DNA of 63,300 nt, counting the filler, from Polymyxa betae A26-41 (Eukaryota > Protista > Endomyxa: Phytomyxea), in assembly GCA_003693705.1 (NCBI GenBank). It is 6 parts of 6 records of this genome, joined end to end, with 100 filler letters (N's around TTAATTAATTAA, not from the genome) between each part and the next. Parts side by side here need not be neighbours in the genome. Positions count along the whole stretch, not along the records: positions 48,718 to 52,680 come from RBZT01000950.1; positions 52,781 to 63,300 come from RBZT01000566.1; 4 more parts are not named here. One strand, given 5' to 3'. This document shows positions 48,718 to 61,284 of the stretch, piece after piece. A model generated the notes under the pieces. That model was not told where the DNA came from, made no database searches, and was given only the letters and a program-made list of their open reading frames with translations. A program made the position numbers and the translations under genes. Within the stretch, counting starts at the first letter, position 1, and each line of letters starts with the position of its first letter.

Positions 48718-51700
48718 TACAAAGTCAAGTTTATTACCAGTTTATTTTCTGGTATTGCAACAAGAACATAGTCGCCAACATCAAAGTTAGGCAATGTCCT
48801 ATGTTTTGACTTACAATCTCGGTGAGATTGCCGCTCAGTCTCAGTAGCAGCTACAATTTCTTTATGCATATACTGAAGACTATTTTGCAAATTTTCAATT
48901 GATTTTATGATTTGATCTGTTTGAATATCAACAGAGGTAATAGCTAACGTTTTTGGGCTATAAAAAATAATATCCAAAGGGTTGTCAGCTGGCAATCCGG
49001 TCATTACAGTGATCGGCGCGTGACCAGCTAAACGACGTTGTGGACGATGGTTTATGGCATGCTCTACCAGCTTTACAAACCAAGGCCAATCAGCTTTATC
49101 AGAACGAAAATCTGATATCATACAACGTAATTAATTTATAACACTACGATTAACAATTTCAATCGTGCCATTTGAATAATGGGCGTAGGCAGTAACAAAG
49201 TGTTGCTGCGTTCCAATTTTTTACAAAACTGTTTCAAAGTCTCAGACACAAAATATGATGCCTGATCAGAAACATATACTTTCGATCTGCCAAAAAGAGC
49301 TCGCCATTGTAACAAGGCATCAACTGTATGAGCCGTATTTGGTACAATGACAGGTGTCAGTAAGACCATACCAGAAAAATCATCTCGGATAACGAATATC
49401 CACTGATAATGTAAAGAGCTCTTTAATTTAGAAGCTATATATAAATATCAAAATGCAAAACCTCATTAGGTCTTGTTCCATGACATGCAGTTCCAAGAGG
49501 TCGAGGAATACGAAATCCTTTCCTCGTTGGAAGGCAATGCAAACATGAAGAGCAGACATCTTTGATGTCTTGCTACATACCGACCCAAAATACCCAACTT
49601 TCTAGCATAGCAAGTGCATTTTTAAAGGAGAGATGACCACAATGACAGCCAGCATGAGCAATGATGCATAGGCGTCTTTTTAGGTCATAACTTTGAACGG
49701 GTATCACTATTCGATTATGTGTTTCAACCAAGAATCCATCAGAGCTCCTAGCAAGGTTGCTATTAGGTAAGTGAAGACCTCCAAAATTTCAGATGGGTCT
49801 GGCCAGACTAAATTTTACACGGTTGAACACGAATAGCTGAGTTTATCAACTCAATATGGTCGGAAGTGGGAGAATCATCAGATTCTTTCAAAGCTTAATC
49901 TGAACTATGGGTTCATTGTTAGATATACCTGCACCTCAACGGGATAGCAGATCTGCCCAATGGTTGTCTTCGCCGGGAATATGATGGATTATATAATTAT
50001 AATCACGAAGTTCGATTCCCCAGCGAATCAGTCTCTCTGCAGACTGTTTTGCACACTTCAAAGGATTATACATAGCAATAAGATTCCTATGATCTGTGTA
50101 CAAATGAAATGGTGTTGGCATATGTAATAAATAAGATACTTTTTTTTAATGTATCTTTGATGGCAAAAGCCTCTTTATCGATAGTCGCCCAATTCAACTC
50201 AGAGCCGTTGAATCGATGACCAACAAACCCTAAGGGTTGGTGATTTTGCACTTGCAAAGGTTTAGCTAAGTCCTCTATTGGAATCTGAGTAACAACTCCA
50301 GAACTAGCATAGTAACTTGCATCACAAAAGACACACTGTAACATATTTTCAGATGGATATGCTAACTCTACTGCATGAGAGATTGCATATTTCAAAGCAT
50401 TAAAAGCATTTGTATGTATTTCATTCCAGCCAAATTTCTGTAAATCAATACGACTGGCTACTCTCTTCGTTCGATGTGGCTGATGCTTCAATGCAGACTC
50501 AAAGATATCCTGCAATTTAACCACAATCTTATTATAGTTCGGGATGGAACGAGACATCCATTGAGATGCCATCAGTATCTGTTGTAATTCATTAGCCTTT
50601 TTCGGAATAGGCATATTACTTAGTGCATCGATCCACTGAGGATCATGTTTTACTCCTGTGGGAGTAAATATTCTTCCACAGAATTTCACTCTATTTTGAC
50701 AAAAGTGACATTTGTCTATATTAAATTTTAAGTTGAATTTATCGGCTAGTTCTAAAGTTCGGCTCAATGTAGCGAACCAAGCTTCTTCAGTATGAGCATA
50801 GCCCAATAAGTCATCAATCCATATAATTAAAGATTTATAAAGTAATTCATTAAAAATTTCAGCCATTCGAGCCTGAAATTGGGTAGCTGAGTTTAGTGCA
50901 CCCTGAATAGATCGAGTCGGCGTAAAAACGCCTCGATCAGTCATAAATGAGAATACTTCTTGACATATTTCATCTAAAGGCATTATCCAAAACCCTTTAA
51001 ATGCGTCCAGAAGAAACCAAAAGTTTTAATTAGATAGATATTGAACAATAGATTCAAGGAAAGGCATCGGCCAAGCTGTTGCCTCACTTTGAGCATTCAC
51101 AGCTCGGAGGTCAACAACCATTCGAAAACCTTTCTCCTTCTTGACTATCTGAACGGGACTAGCCCATTCTGCATTAAAATCTTCATAAATTAAACCATAT
51201 TGAACTAAAGAATCTATAAACTCTTTCAAGTATTGACTCTGCTCTTTAGTATACTGACGTGCTTTACAGCGAATTGGTTTCGCATTAGGCTTCAAATTTG
51301 TCATAAATGGGGTTACAGTTGCAGGTGCATCTGGCCCAAATTTCATTCGAAAGACATCCTTTCGACAAATTAAAAGTTCTAAAGGCCTCTGCTCATAGTC
51401 AGAGCTCATACCCATGGTACGTGCTTCCTTTATTTTATCTTTAAAGTAAGAATAAAGTTCTGATTGTTGATCCTGGCCTATATCCGGTGACACAGACACA
51501 GCATACTCTGAATCAGTTTGTGTATTATCACTTTTTTGTATAGAAGACGCTATTAAAGAGTCTAATGCATTTTGCGGACTGATTCCTATTGACATTAGCA
51601 TGTCATTTCCAAGTAGAAGATCCTCATTCATATCCTGCCATATCAGACATTGCTGGTTTGGCACTAATAATTGACCCATTTTAGTTTCTAATATAATATC

Positions 51701-52680
51701 AGTATTTGTGGCACTTCCGATAGAGGTAGAGTGACCATTAGGCATTTCGAGAGTGACTCGATCCCTAAGTGGAAATATTGTAAATTGTGGCATTAAGCAT
51801 CGAAGTTGATCACATAGCTTGCCCGATATTATGGTGGCATCTGCCCCACTGTCGAGTACAGCTCGACAGCTGAGTTTCCCTCCAGCTAATATTGCTATTA
51901 CAGTATGAGTCTCATTAAGAGAGCTATCTACGATTCTCGCAAGTTTAATATAGTGTGAACGAATATCCAATTTATTCTTCGTTTGTTTTTCCAACTTATA
52001 TTGTTCAAGAAGCTTTTTCTGCTCCATAGGGGAAGGTCGCTGAGGACAGACCTTCATATGATGGCCAGATAAATGACACTTTAAGCATGTAATGATGTTA
52101 CGAGGTTTTTAACCTCCGATTGGCCACTCGGTGGGCCAGCACCAGGATAAGGCCGTTTGGACCCGTGAGGGCCACGAAACGGTTTAGGACGATCCATGTC
52201 ACGAAGGTAGTGTTCAAAATTCTCCACCTTCTGTAACATTTCGTCAATAAACACAGCATGATCAGCACGACCAGCTGGGGTAAAACGGACGTATGACAAC
52301 ATTTCCTCTCTAAAGGCCTTCGGCTCCAGGGCGTCCACCAAGAAGTCGATACAGTTTTTGGTTCCTTCACTGGAACCATAGAAGAGCCGCTGCCAGTTGT
52401 GAAGGGCAATCAGCTTCTCCATCTGTCTGACCAGGTGTAAGGGGAGTGACTGAGGCTAGCTGAAGGGGACGAAGGGAACTAGCTACTTTGCAGGCGAACA
52501 AGATGTGAACAGAAGCAATCAGATTGAAGAATGATTTATATAGGACGAGATCAGGCGATTAAATAGGACGCTGACTGGCTGCAGGCCACTCGAGGAGTCG
52601 ACAGTGGACCAGGCGACTTGGACAGGGTCGACGACGACTTGGACAGAGTCAAAGACGGCTGGCATTACAGTCAAAAACTG
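48718..52680 (-). mobile_element. Ty3/gypsy element filling the whole contig: partial LTR (52436-52680), gag, protease, RT, RNase H, integrase; degenerate
   Basis: VLDSGAD; WASPVQIVKK..FRMVVDLRAVN; QGALNS; WIDD; FCDAS; YTDHRNL; NHWADLLSR; VSDQASYF; INHRP. LTR end TTACA followed by CC-TGGTCAG (PBS-like). Confidence 0.93.
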
Positions 52681-52780
52681 NNNNNNNNNNNNNNNNNNNN
52701 NNNNNNNNNNNNNNNNNNNNNNNNTTAATTAATTAANNNNNNNNNNNNNNNNNNNNNNNNNNNNNNNNNNNNNNNNNNNN
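52681..52780. other. Artificial contig spacer
   Basis: N-TTAATTAATTAA-N linker. Confidence 0.98.
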
Positions 52781-53306
52781 GAACGGCAATACTAATTCCG
52801 TGGAGGGAGCAGCCTCCTCATACCCTAAAGTTAGTATGGCTGCAACGGCAATACTAACCCCGTGGATGTGGTCTGCGGAGAGTGGAAAAATTGCGTGCGA
52901 GAGAGAAGTTGCGGTTCGGAGAGTAGGCATCAACAAAGTTCCATTTTAGCTCAGTTGCTATCTGAAAAAGTACCAAAAATGACGCGGGAGTTCAATTCGC
53001 CCCAAAGGTATATTTATTTTAGGCAGCTTTGGACAAGCCCCAGTGAAAAAAATACAAAATGCGTGACAGAGAGTACAAATCTGCGTATGAGTTTCTCCAA
53101 TCCCTAACCCTAAACGGGGTAGGGGTAGCTGTATATGAATTCGCCTAATCCCTACAGAAAGCTACGAACAAGGTGGTGCTTGTTTGTCGCCCAGATCATT
53201 CTATTAATGCAGGATAATGTCATCGCTGCCTAACTCGGGTCTTATCGAAATCGTTTACTGAGATTGGAGAAAGACATTACAACAGCATAATGGCTTTATA
53301 AATGGA

Positions 53307-54057
53307 TTATGCGACGATTGCACTATTGTTGTTCTTGAACCAATTCTGGGACGGATTCTTGTTATACCAATCTTGAACTCGAGGATGCGTGCTAACCGAA
53401 TCGTAGACCTTACTAATGTTCATGAACTGATTGAAGTCAGTCGGGATCCCATCGAGCGTCCCTTCGCCCAAACTCAGATCAACATCCGTCACAAAAAGTA
53501 TAATACAAACCGAGCCAATTGACGAAGTTAAATATGGTGAGATCGGCAATTGTTAAGCTGTCACCGACAGCATAGTTCGGGTTACGCTTGCAGATGAACA
53601 AATCCAGCTGATGAAGATGTTCAGGAAGGACGTCGTCCACCAGAGCTCTACGAAGCGCCAATTTCGTTGCCGGGTCGTTCTCACTCATCGAAGGCCGTAA
53701 GGTGTCAACGATATCAAGAAGCTTATCGAGAGCCATATCAACAGATAGCGCCTGTAGAGGATCTGTAGGATAGAGACCGCCGAGGCATCCAGCATAGCGA
53801 AGAATGGCCTTAGATTGGGAATACAGCTCGCCATCAATCGTCATTAATGGTAGCTGACCGAATGGGGTCGTGGGCTTGACAGCCACCCATTCTTCGGACT
53901 TCAGGCGCTGATCGATGAAGGGGATCCCGGCTATGTATAGAGCCAGACGGGCGGGCTCCGCACGGCCAGGGAAGTCGAAGTAGGTGACGGTGATATCCGG
54001 ATAGGACGCCGTCGCCAGGACCATCACAGCTGCAAAGACGATGGCGATCAGCGACAT
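53307..54057 (-). CDS. Glutathione S-transferase (sigma-like) with N-terminal signal peptide, 2 exons
   Basis: MSLIAIVFAAVMVLATA then TYFDFPGRAEPARL, PFGQLP, QSKAILRY, VGDSLTIADL, GTLDGIP and HPRVQDWY. Intron ~53462-53510. Confidence 0.9.
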
Positions 54058-54828
54058 GACCGACGACACTGAGATGTAGAGAGGGAGGTCGGAAATATGT
54101 CGTGGTGGCGCAGTCCGCAGCGGACATTGCCCGTCTCTGAAGATGACCAAAACTCACTTAAAAATGAAGTACCATCATAAATTTTATAAAACCCCTTCTC
54201 CATAAACAGCTACTCCGTAGGTACATATTAAGTTAAAAAATTATTAGAAAAAAAAAAAAAATGAAGTTTTCAAAAGAAATTTAATTCGTTAATTCTGCCC
54301 TTCGCAGTTGTAGCATTGGCAGTGAGGCCTGTGCAAATAGCTGATAAAAGGCGTTGTTATTTATTCTCATACGTCAAATGAATTGTCTTGAGACTAGAGG
54401 TGACAGCTATCGGAATCTCACATCGTATTACGGAGTGGTAAGTTTCTCATCGCCGACGTCCAGGATACGATTCCTCTGATCCCATCCAAAGGCATGGGCC
54501 ATCCTCCACATCGATGATTTCGAACACAGAGAGATCCCAACGGTACCGCTCCATTCTGTCCGGCAACGGATGGGCAGCCTTCCATTCGTCGACAGACAGA
54601 AACCCCAACATCAACGGATGCCGCGGACGGCAGCGCCTAACGTAATTTCCCAAATCATAATTCAGCCTATCTTTTTAGGCCATTTTATTTAAAAAAATAC
54701 ATTAGGAGGCTCCGCCTCGCAAGCACTTCTTCATACCTTCGGAACGTGAAAGTGCGCGACGGAGTCCCGTTAGGTCATTGGTATCCGTCTCGTGGTCTTT
54801 CAGGCAGGTCTGCAGTCTCATCTCTATC

Positions 54829-56364
54829 ATGAAGTTCCTGCTTCTCTGCACCGTCGTCACCATCACGGTGTTCTACGGCATCACTACATCCGCCGCCGGC
54901 CTCGACGGTCGGATTGACAAGCTGAAAAAGGCCGCGCTCCAATCGCTGCACCGCCCAGACAGCGTCGCTCGGAAGCTGTTCGGCGGTAATAACTGCGACA
55001 AGCGTTTGAATGCAATCTACGATCAGCTGCTTCCGAAACCCAAAAACAGCTCGTCCTGGGTATGCGAAACCCTTCAACCCTAACCCCAAGCGTTCACAGT
55101 TGGATGTTTTAGGGTCTATGCCAAAATGTCGATGTCGACATCGTTCCGGATGACGCAGTCAACTTGAGAGACTCCTCCGGAAATCATTTCCGCAATTGGA
55201 TGGTCCGCAGAAGTCCGTCCTGGCCCTGATCGCTCTCTACCTGCTGCCGGAAACTTCCCTGAAACTGGCCGATCATCGTCCGGGCGCGACTCCGCTTCTG
55301 CTGTTATGGTTTCGTCTTGGTCATTGGACGGAGCTGTCCGCGGACTTGTATCCCTTCATTGAAGCCGTTCTCCGGAAGATGTCGTCGGAGACGTTGCGCG
55401 CCGAATTCATCACGCTCTTCTACAACGCCGCCGTTCATGACGCCTTCGACCCGAATCGGGGCTATTTCCAGTACGACCCCTGTCTCGGTCGCATCTGGGA
55501 CCTGCTGTTTGACAACTCTCCTCTGGATACTATTCGGATTTTATCACAGCGATCATCATGGCGATGGAATTCCGTGAGTTGGTCCCAGATGTTCTACACC
55601 GGAGTGCTTCGAGCATTGGATGAGACAAGCTGCCAGGATTTGGACTTCCTCCCATCATGGCTTGATCTTGATACCGCACAACAAAACCGATCTCTATTTG
55701 AAGACGATTTTTTAGTGGAATTTCTTCTGAATCATCTCCGGATTGAGGCTCTCGTCCACGCCGTTCTTCATCGAACTCTGAAACCGAAATTGGCCGCCGT
55801 TCCTGTTCTACAGCTGAACCGGTACGGGGAAGGGTCACGCCGTATGTAACGCTAACACTGACGACGGTTTCTGTTACCAGCGAATACAGAGGAAAGTCGC
55901 TCGATAACGTGCTCGGCTATCTGCAGAAGTACAGCTAGCGCAGCCTCCTGGAACTTGTCCTTTCGCATCTCTCTACGGACCAGTACGCCGCCTTCAAGGA
56001 CGAGATCACCAAGTTTAACGAGTGGGTGGTTTTATTATATCGAAACTGCGTAACGAATACTGATTTGCCGTGAAAGGGAGGAGGTGGAGACTTTAGCTGC
56101 CCTGGTAGAGGGCGGTATGGCCCCGAGTTCCATTCTGGACGATTGGATGATGAAATCCAACATGATTTACAATACCGTTCTCGAGTACGGCCCGTGTTAG
56201 CCAATGCGCCCACGCATCGCGTTCTGGAAATACACGATTTGTGCATCCAGTGCTCGCAACCGATGAACAACTCCGCAGCTCTCATGTATAGTGATAATCG
56301 CCAGTTACAGGAGCGTTTATTCAGAATATTTCGAATAGAAGCGTTCCATGATCTTGGTCAGTAG
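54829..56364 (+). CDS. Orphan secreted protein (candidate effector), multi-exon
   Basis: Signal peptide MKFLLLCTVVTITVFYGITTSAA and a long helical ORF at 55196-55830. Downstream exons separated by ~50-bp GT-AG introns. Exact splicing uncertain. Confidence 0.6.
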
Positions 56365-56891
56365 GAGGTCGAGTAGGATCGCTTGATAGAAACACTTTTG
56401 AGAGAGATTATATACAGTATGATCCCTTATACATGTGGTAGGCTCTATCATTATGATTGTCTGTACAGGACAGTGAAAGAGTTGTCAGCAACAACAACAC
56501 AGGGAACCAGTCGTACTAAGTGAATATCATGAATTCTGATCGAGCTGGAACGCAGACTAACAAACAATGACGGGTCTTGCGTTACAGATCATTGAAATAA
56601 CCCATTCAATCGCTACATTAGATAGTTTGTCCTGCAGTACTTGACTGTGCCATTTTGCAACACTCACAGATTATTTCTGTTCAGAAGCGAACTTTTCGCA
56701 AATCTGTGCCGCCGAATTAAGAATTTTGAAATTGTGCGCAATTGTCGAAATTCTCGCAAGAAAAAGTGCGTAGTCATCGGGATTTCGGGACGGACTGCGA
56801 GGTCTCTCTCTTGGCCTCGATCTTGGCCTTCTCAATTGCCGAGTCGGGTCGTCGCTGCTGCCTGCCATCGCCACCGCCGCAGGCTCCAATC

Positions 56892-59297
56892 ATGCAGTTC
56901 TCCACGTGCGTGGGCGGACTGGCCCTCAGCAACGGGGCCGATCTCGACTCGCTCATGGCGTCGTGGCGAACCTCGCAGAACCTGGAGCCGACCGCCGCCA
57001 CTAATCGACGATCGCGACCGCAACCGCAAATCCCAGAATCCTCACTCTGGGACGGTACGACCGTGCTGGATCCCAGCACATATCGCAGCCAAAAACTCGA
57101 AATGCGATTTCCTTCTCCCAATGCCGAAATATGCCGCCAAGAGGTCCAATAAAAATGTTGAATTTTTTGTTTTTTTTTTACATTTTGTATTGAATTCCGA
57201 TGCTTTGGCTCTTGCTGATGACGGTGCCATATAGTGGATCCAGCGACTGCGCGAGAGGCTCGGTGATCTGGTGTCCGCGCAGCTGAGAGCTCGGGACGCG
57301 GAATCTGCACGCCTGGACTCGGAAATTTTCGATAAGTGGCTGTATGCCTGCCTGAGCCATCGTGACACCCTTCCGGAGCATCTCGGTATCAAACAAGCGT
57401 ATCAAACCCGCTTGTTTGTTTTTCACTTTTTTGCTGCGCACTCTTTCTTCGTTTCCGAATGGTTTAATTTTTGTGTGTGGGAGCGAACATTTCATACTGG
57501 ATTTGAGGGAATTTTTTGCAACGATTTTTCATTTTTTTTCTGAAAAAATTGCAAATTTTGATTACTTTTCCTGTATAGTCGACAAAATGGATCCGCTTCT
57601 GTCCGGGGACGCGGTCGCCGACGCCGACGCCGTTTTGGCCCAAGATTTGGTGCGATTCGGGGTGGCGGACCCGAGCGCCATCGTCGACCAGCTGCGGATT
57701 CAATGTCAGCGCGCGATTCGAGCCGTGATGGGCGCCGGCCGGCAGTCAACTGGCTCCAAGGTCCGCCTGACCGTCCAGGGCGACTTCACGCATCTCAGCT
57801 CCGGCAAACATCGCGTTAAGGTTTGCTGGATCGCCGCTTTGGCTTCGTTACGTTGTTATGTTTGTGGAATCTTCGCAAACTTTTGTCGCTTTCGCTTTTC
57901 GGTTTCATGGCAACTGCTGTTATGCTGCCGAATTGGTGTAACGTAAGACTTAACATTAATCTTTTCGTTTCACTTTGTGTTTCAGAAAACCGCTTTCGCA
58001 AACCGTTTCGGTTTCCGATCGTAGTTTTGTAACGTCAGCAATTTGACATTATGAATGTAACATAATCGGTGGAAACGCAGATTCGCAACGAACACTACGC
58101 CAAGCTGGAGGCCATGTTCCAGATTGTTCGCGATCAGTTCCTTCCGGCGCTGTTCTGTCTCCTGCTGCGATACGTCTCCCTGAGCGATACCGGAATGCAG
58201 GTTCTCCCTGGTCCTAGGGTTTAGGGTTCATGGCTGACTGTTTGATCCAGGCCGCTTGCAATGAATCGGTGTTCGCCGCTCTGCGTGACGATTTCGACGT
58301 CCGCATGGAGTGCTTCGCGTCGCCGCTGAACTGCTTCTTCGTGGGCCAGTACTGCAGCCTGTTCCCGGACCTCGATGTCTGCTTCGGGTCGCTCGGATCG
58401 TTTTTCCGATTCTTCCCTTCGTCCGGATCCTATCAGGTCTCGTCACTCTCTTGTTCTGTTTACGTTACCCTGGCGATTTTATATGCGTTTCAAGATCGAG
58501 CTTTCAGTCTTATGGATGATGGGTTTCTTATTTTGTGTTTCTTCTGTTGCACTTATTATACGCACCTTTCTTTACATTAACTTGGAATGTTTCGTTTTTT
58601 TTTCATTGTTTCGGAAACGTGTTTGTTTACGCTACAGATGCGGTTACGGTGTTAACAAAATATGTCTGCAATATCAACTGATGGTGTAGGCTAACCCGCC
58701 CTTTGTGGACGAAGTAATAGCGCGCATGGCTGCGCACATGTCCCAAGTATTGGAGGCTGCCTCCAGTCCGCTCTCCTTCACCATCGTGGTCCCACATAAG
58801 CCCGTCTCCGCGGCCTGGCGCAGCTTACGCCAACATCCTCTATGCCGTCATCACCTTCTACTCAAGGTAACGTATCCAACATTCCACGTTACCCTATTAT
58901 CCTTGCGCCCTCCAATTTGGGTTTCGGCCTGGATTCTATTTAAAAAAAAAAAATTTAATGATTTTATGTTTTCAATTGCTGTTTGACTCTGTAACGCATC
59001 TCACGTTACACACAGCAAAGTTCGCACGGATTCTGTGAAGGCGCCCAACACCGCCGTCCGACACGCTACAAGATCTCCACCTGCGACACCTCTGTCTTCT
59101 TCCTACAGAATGACCAGGGTACGTCTCCAGCCGCTCCATCATGCCGTACACCCCCCTAATCTTATGCAGGCTCGCACAGCTACGAGGTCACGGAACCGAA
59201 GCTGGCCCGATTGCAGGCCGCATTCCGCTCCCGTCATCTCGACGAGAGCCGCGACGACTTCCGCAAACGGAAACGCGCCAAAAAGTCGTCCGATTGA
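56892..59297 (+). CDS. PCIF1: Cap-specific adenosine N6-methyltransferase PCIF1/CAPAM homologue, ~8 exons
   Basis: HYAKL, LLLRY, GMQAA, MECFASPLN, YCSLFPDLD..FGSLGSFF, GSYQ|ANPPF catalytic motif, SFTIVVP, FCEGAQH and TSVFFLQN. Confidence 0.9.
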
Positions 59298-59413
59298 GTC
59301 GTTTGCTGAGGCGTACTGGCCCACTCTGCACCGTTCTTTCATAGCATTCATTAAATCAATGTTTATAATATTTACAGACAACGGATTGCATGATAGGTAG
59401 GCAGGTGGCCTCT

Positions 59414-60750
59414 TTATAGGATATAGGTGTCTGGTCCGCGGCGGACGCCGATCATGTCCGTGGCAGGACCTGCCTGGTCCCAGTTCCCTTCTAGTAGGGA
59501 GCCGATATCGGCGTCGTGCTCCATGAAGCTGCTGCTGCTGCTGCTGCTGCTGGTCGATGGCGATGATGAAGCAGCGGACGGCGTGGCCAGTACGGCCTCC
59601 AGTGCCATCAACAGGACACTGTGGAAGTCGACGGCGCACTCCGAAACAGAGTTGTAATTCGTTACTGTCCCGGCCCAAGACGAGAACGGGACGGGCTGTG
59701 GCGCGGATTTATCCTCGGACCAAGTGGCAGCGGAGGCCTTCGGCGCGAAGTCCGTCACGGTCCTGGTAATCGACACTTTGCTCTTACGGACGGGCTCCCC
59801 GGACTTGGGCGGCTCGACCCCTTCAGAGCCCGAGATCGACTCGTCTCGGCGCTTCCGCTCGGATCGCGTCGATGCTTCCGAGCCGCGTAACGCATCCTCG
59901 GGGCGCATCTCGGACTTTTTCGTGATCGGCTGCCGAACGAGATCATCGGATAGATTCAGGGACGAGTCGTACCCGACCTCGGATCGGGTCCCCAGACTGC
60001 GCAGATTCGAGGCGCTGCTGGCATTGGAAAACTGCACGGAAGAGCCCGAGTTGCGTCGGCGACGATAATGCGTGACGGAGGGCTCCTCCGGAGGTCCGGG
60101 CGGAGTGCGTGGCTTCAGGACCTCCACAGGGACTCCCAGGAATTTGGAAAGGTACGGAACTATGGACCCGATGTTCGCCAATGCATTCAGATAGGCCTCG
60201 AGCTTCACCTGACGCTCGGCGATCACCTTCTCGGACTTGTTCTGCAGCCAGACTTTGGGCGGTAACGTGACTGCTACCGAGGGGTACCTACAGTCAGGAC
60301 TAGGTCTCATTTCAATCGATGCGAAGGACAACGTCTGTCGTAACATAAATCCGTAACGTCATGTTACAAATCTCACACTGAATGTAAAATCAGATGGCAA
60401 CGTTGGCTGCTGTGTGAAATGTAACATAATGCCACATGGCGGTATCATTAAAATGTCTAAAACAGTTTGTAATGTTAATGACTGGAATTGTAACATAAAA
60501 TGCATCATAACGTGTAACATCAACTTTAACATGAAATGTCACTTTGAGAATCGTACTTTGATCTCCAGACGGTATCAAAAGTCCGAAATTCCGAGAACTT
60601 CTTGGCGACCTGTCGGTGGAGATTGGGTGCGCGGATCTGTACGGTGTAGACGACGTGCTGTTTGCCGTGCGAGTCGATGATCTTGATGGCCTCCGGGATC
60701 GTGATCCGAACCTGCGGACGCCGTGGCCCTGCGTAACTCGAATTGCTCAT
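59414..60750 (-). CDS. PX (phox homology) domain protein with low-complexity C-terminus, 2 exons
   Basis: HVVYTVQI..KKFSEFRTF|YP..LPPK..IAERQVKLEAYLNAL..FLG. Intron 60288-60556. Confidence 0.85.
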
Positions 60751-61181
60751 TATGAACAATGAGCGCCAGCCCGAATCCACCGTCTTGTCTGCTTAACGCT
60801 CTAGAACGATTCATTTCCAGAAACAAAACATTCCAGAATCAATCCAGATTGATGAGATTTCTGGAAAATTTTACAAAAACTCCAGAATTTTCCTGCCTGG
60901 TTCTGGAATCGTTTGGCTAAAACTTTTTTTAAACCCTTGCTGATTTACGTTTTGTTGGTTGTAGATGGGAGTGTAACGTTAGTCTGGTTGGTGTCGGAGA
61001 GAGAGGAAACATTCAGGGGAACTGACAGGATCATTGTAGCAGTTCAGAACAGCTCTTGTACATTGTTTTGAAAAAATTCATTCTAGGGTTTGGTTTTCTC
61101 CTTCCATTGGTCACAAAACCCTGAATGTGATAGATGAGGCATTGCTCGGAGGGAGGGAGCCTTTAGGGAATTTCAGCTCAT

Positions 61182-61252
61182 GCGCCATTGGTTGAATGGT
61201 ACAATAGCTCGTTGCCAACGAGTTGGTCCGGGTTCGATTCCCGGATGGCGCA
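61182..61252 (+). tRNA. tRNA-Gly (anticodon GCC)
   Basis: Acceptor GCGCCAT/ATGGCGC, anticodon arm GCTCG-TTGCCAA-CGAGT, GGTTCGATTCC T-arm, poly-T terminator. Confidence 0.92.
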
Positions 61253-61284
61253 ACCTTTTTTTTGGCATTATTACCTGAACACAG

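Noticed and set aside
15419-52780. Recurring TTAATTAATTAA palindrome between N runs (five copies)
   Set aside because: Synthetic six-frame-stop scaffolding linker. ORFs running into X residues are artefacts.
19248-59297. Apparent cluster of transcription/RNA-processing genes (EFL1, RPB12, RPC5, EED, SMU1, INTS3, PCIF1)
   Set aside because: They are spread over different contigs joined artificially. Linkage is unproven and such genes are common.
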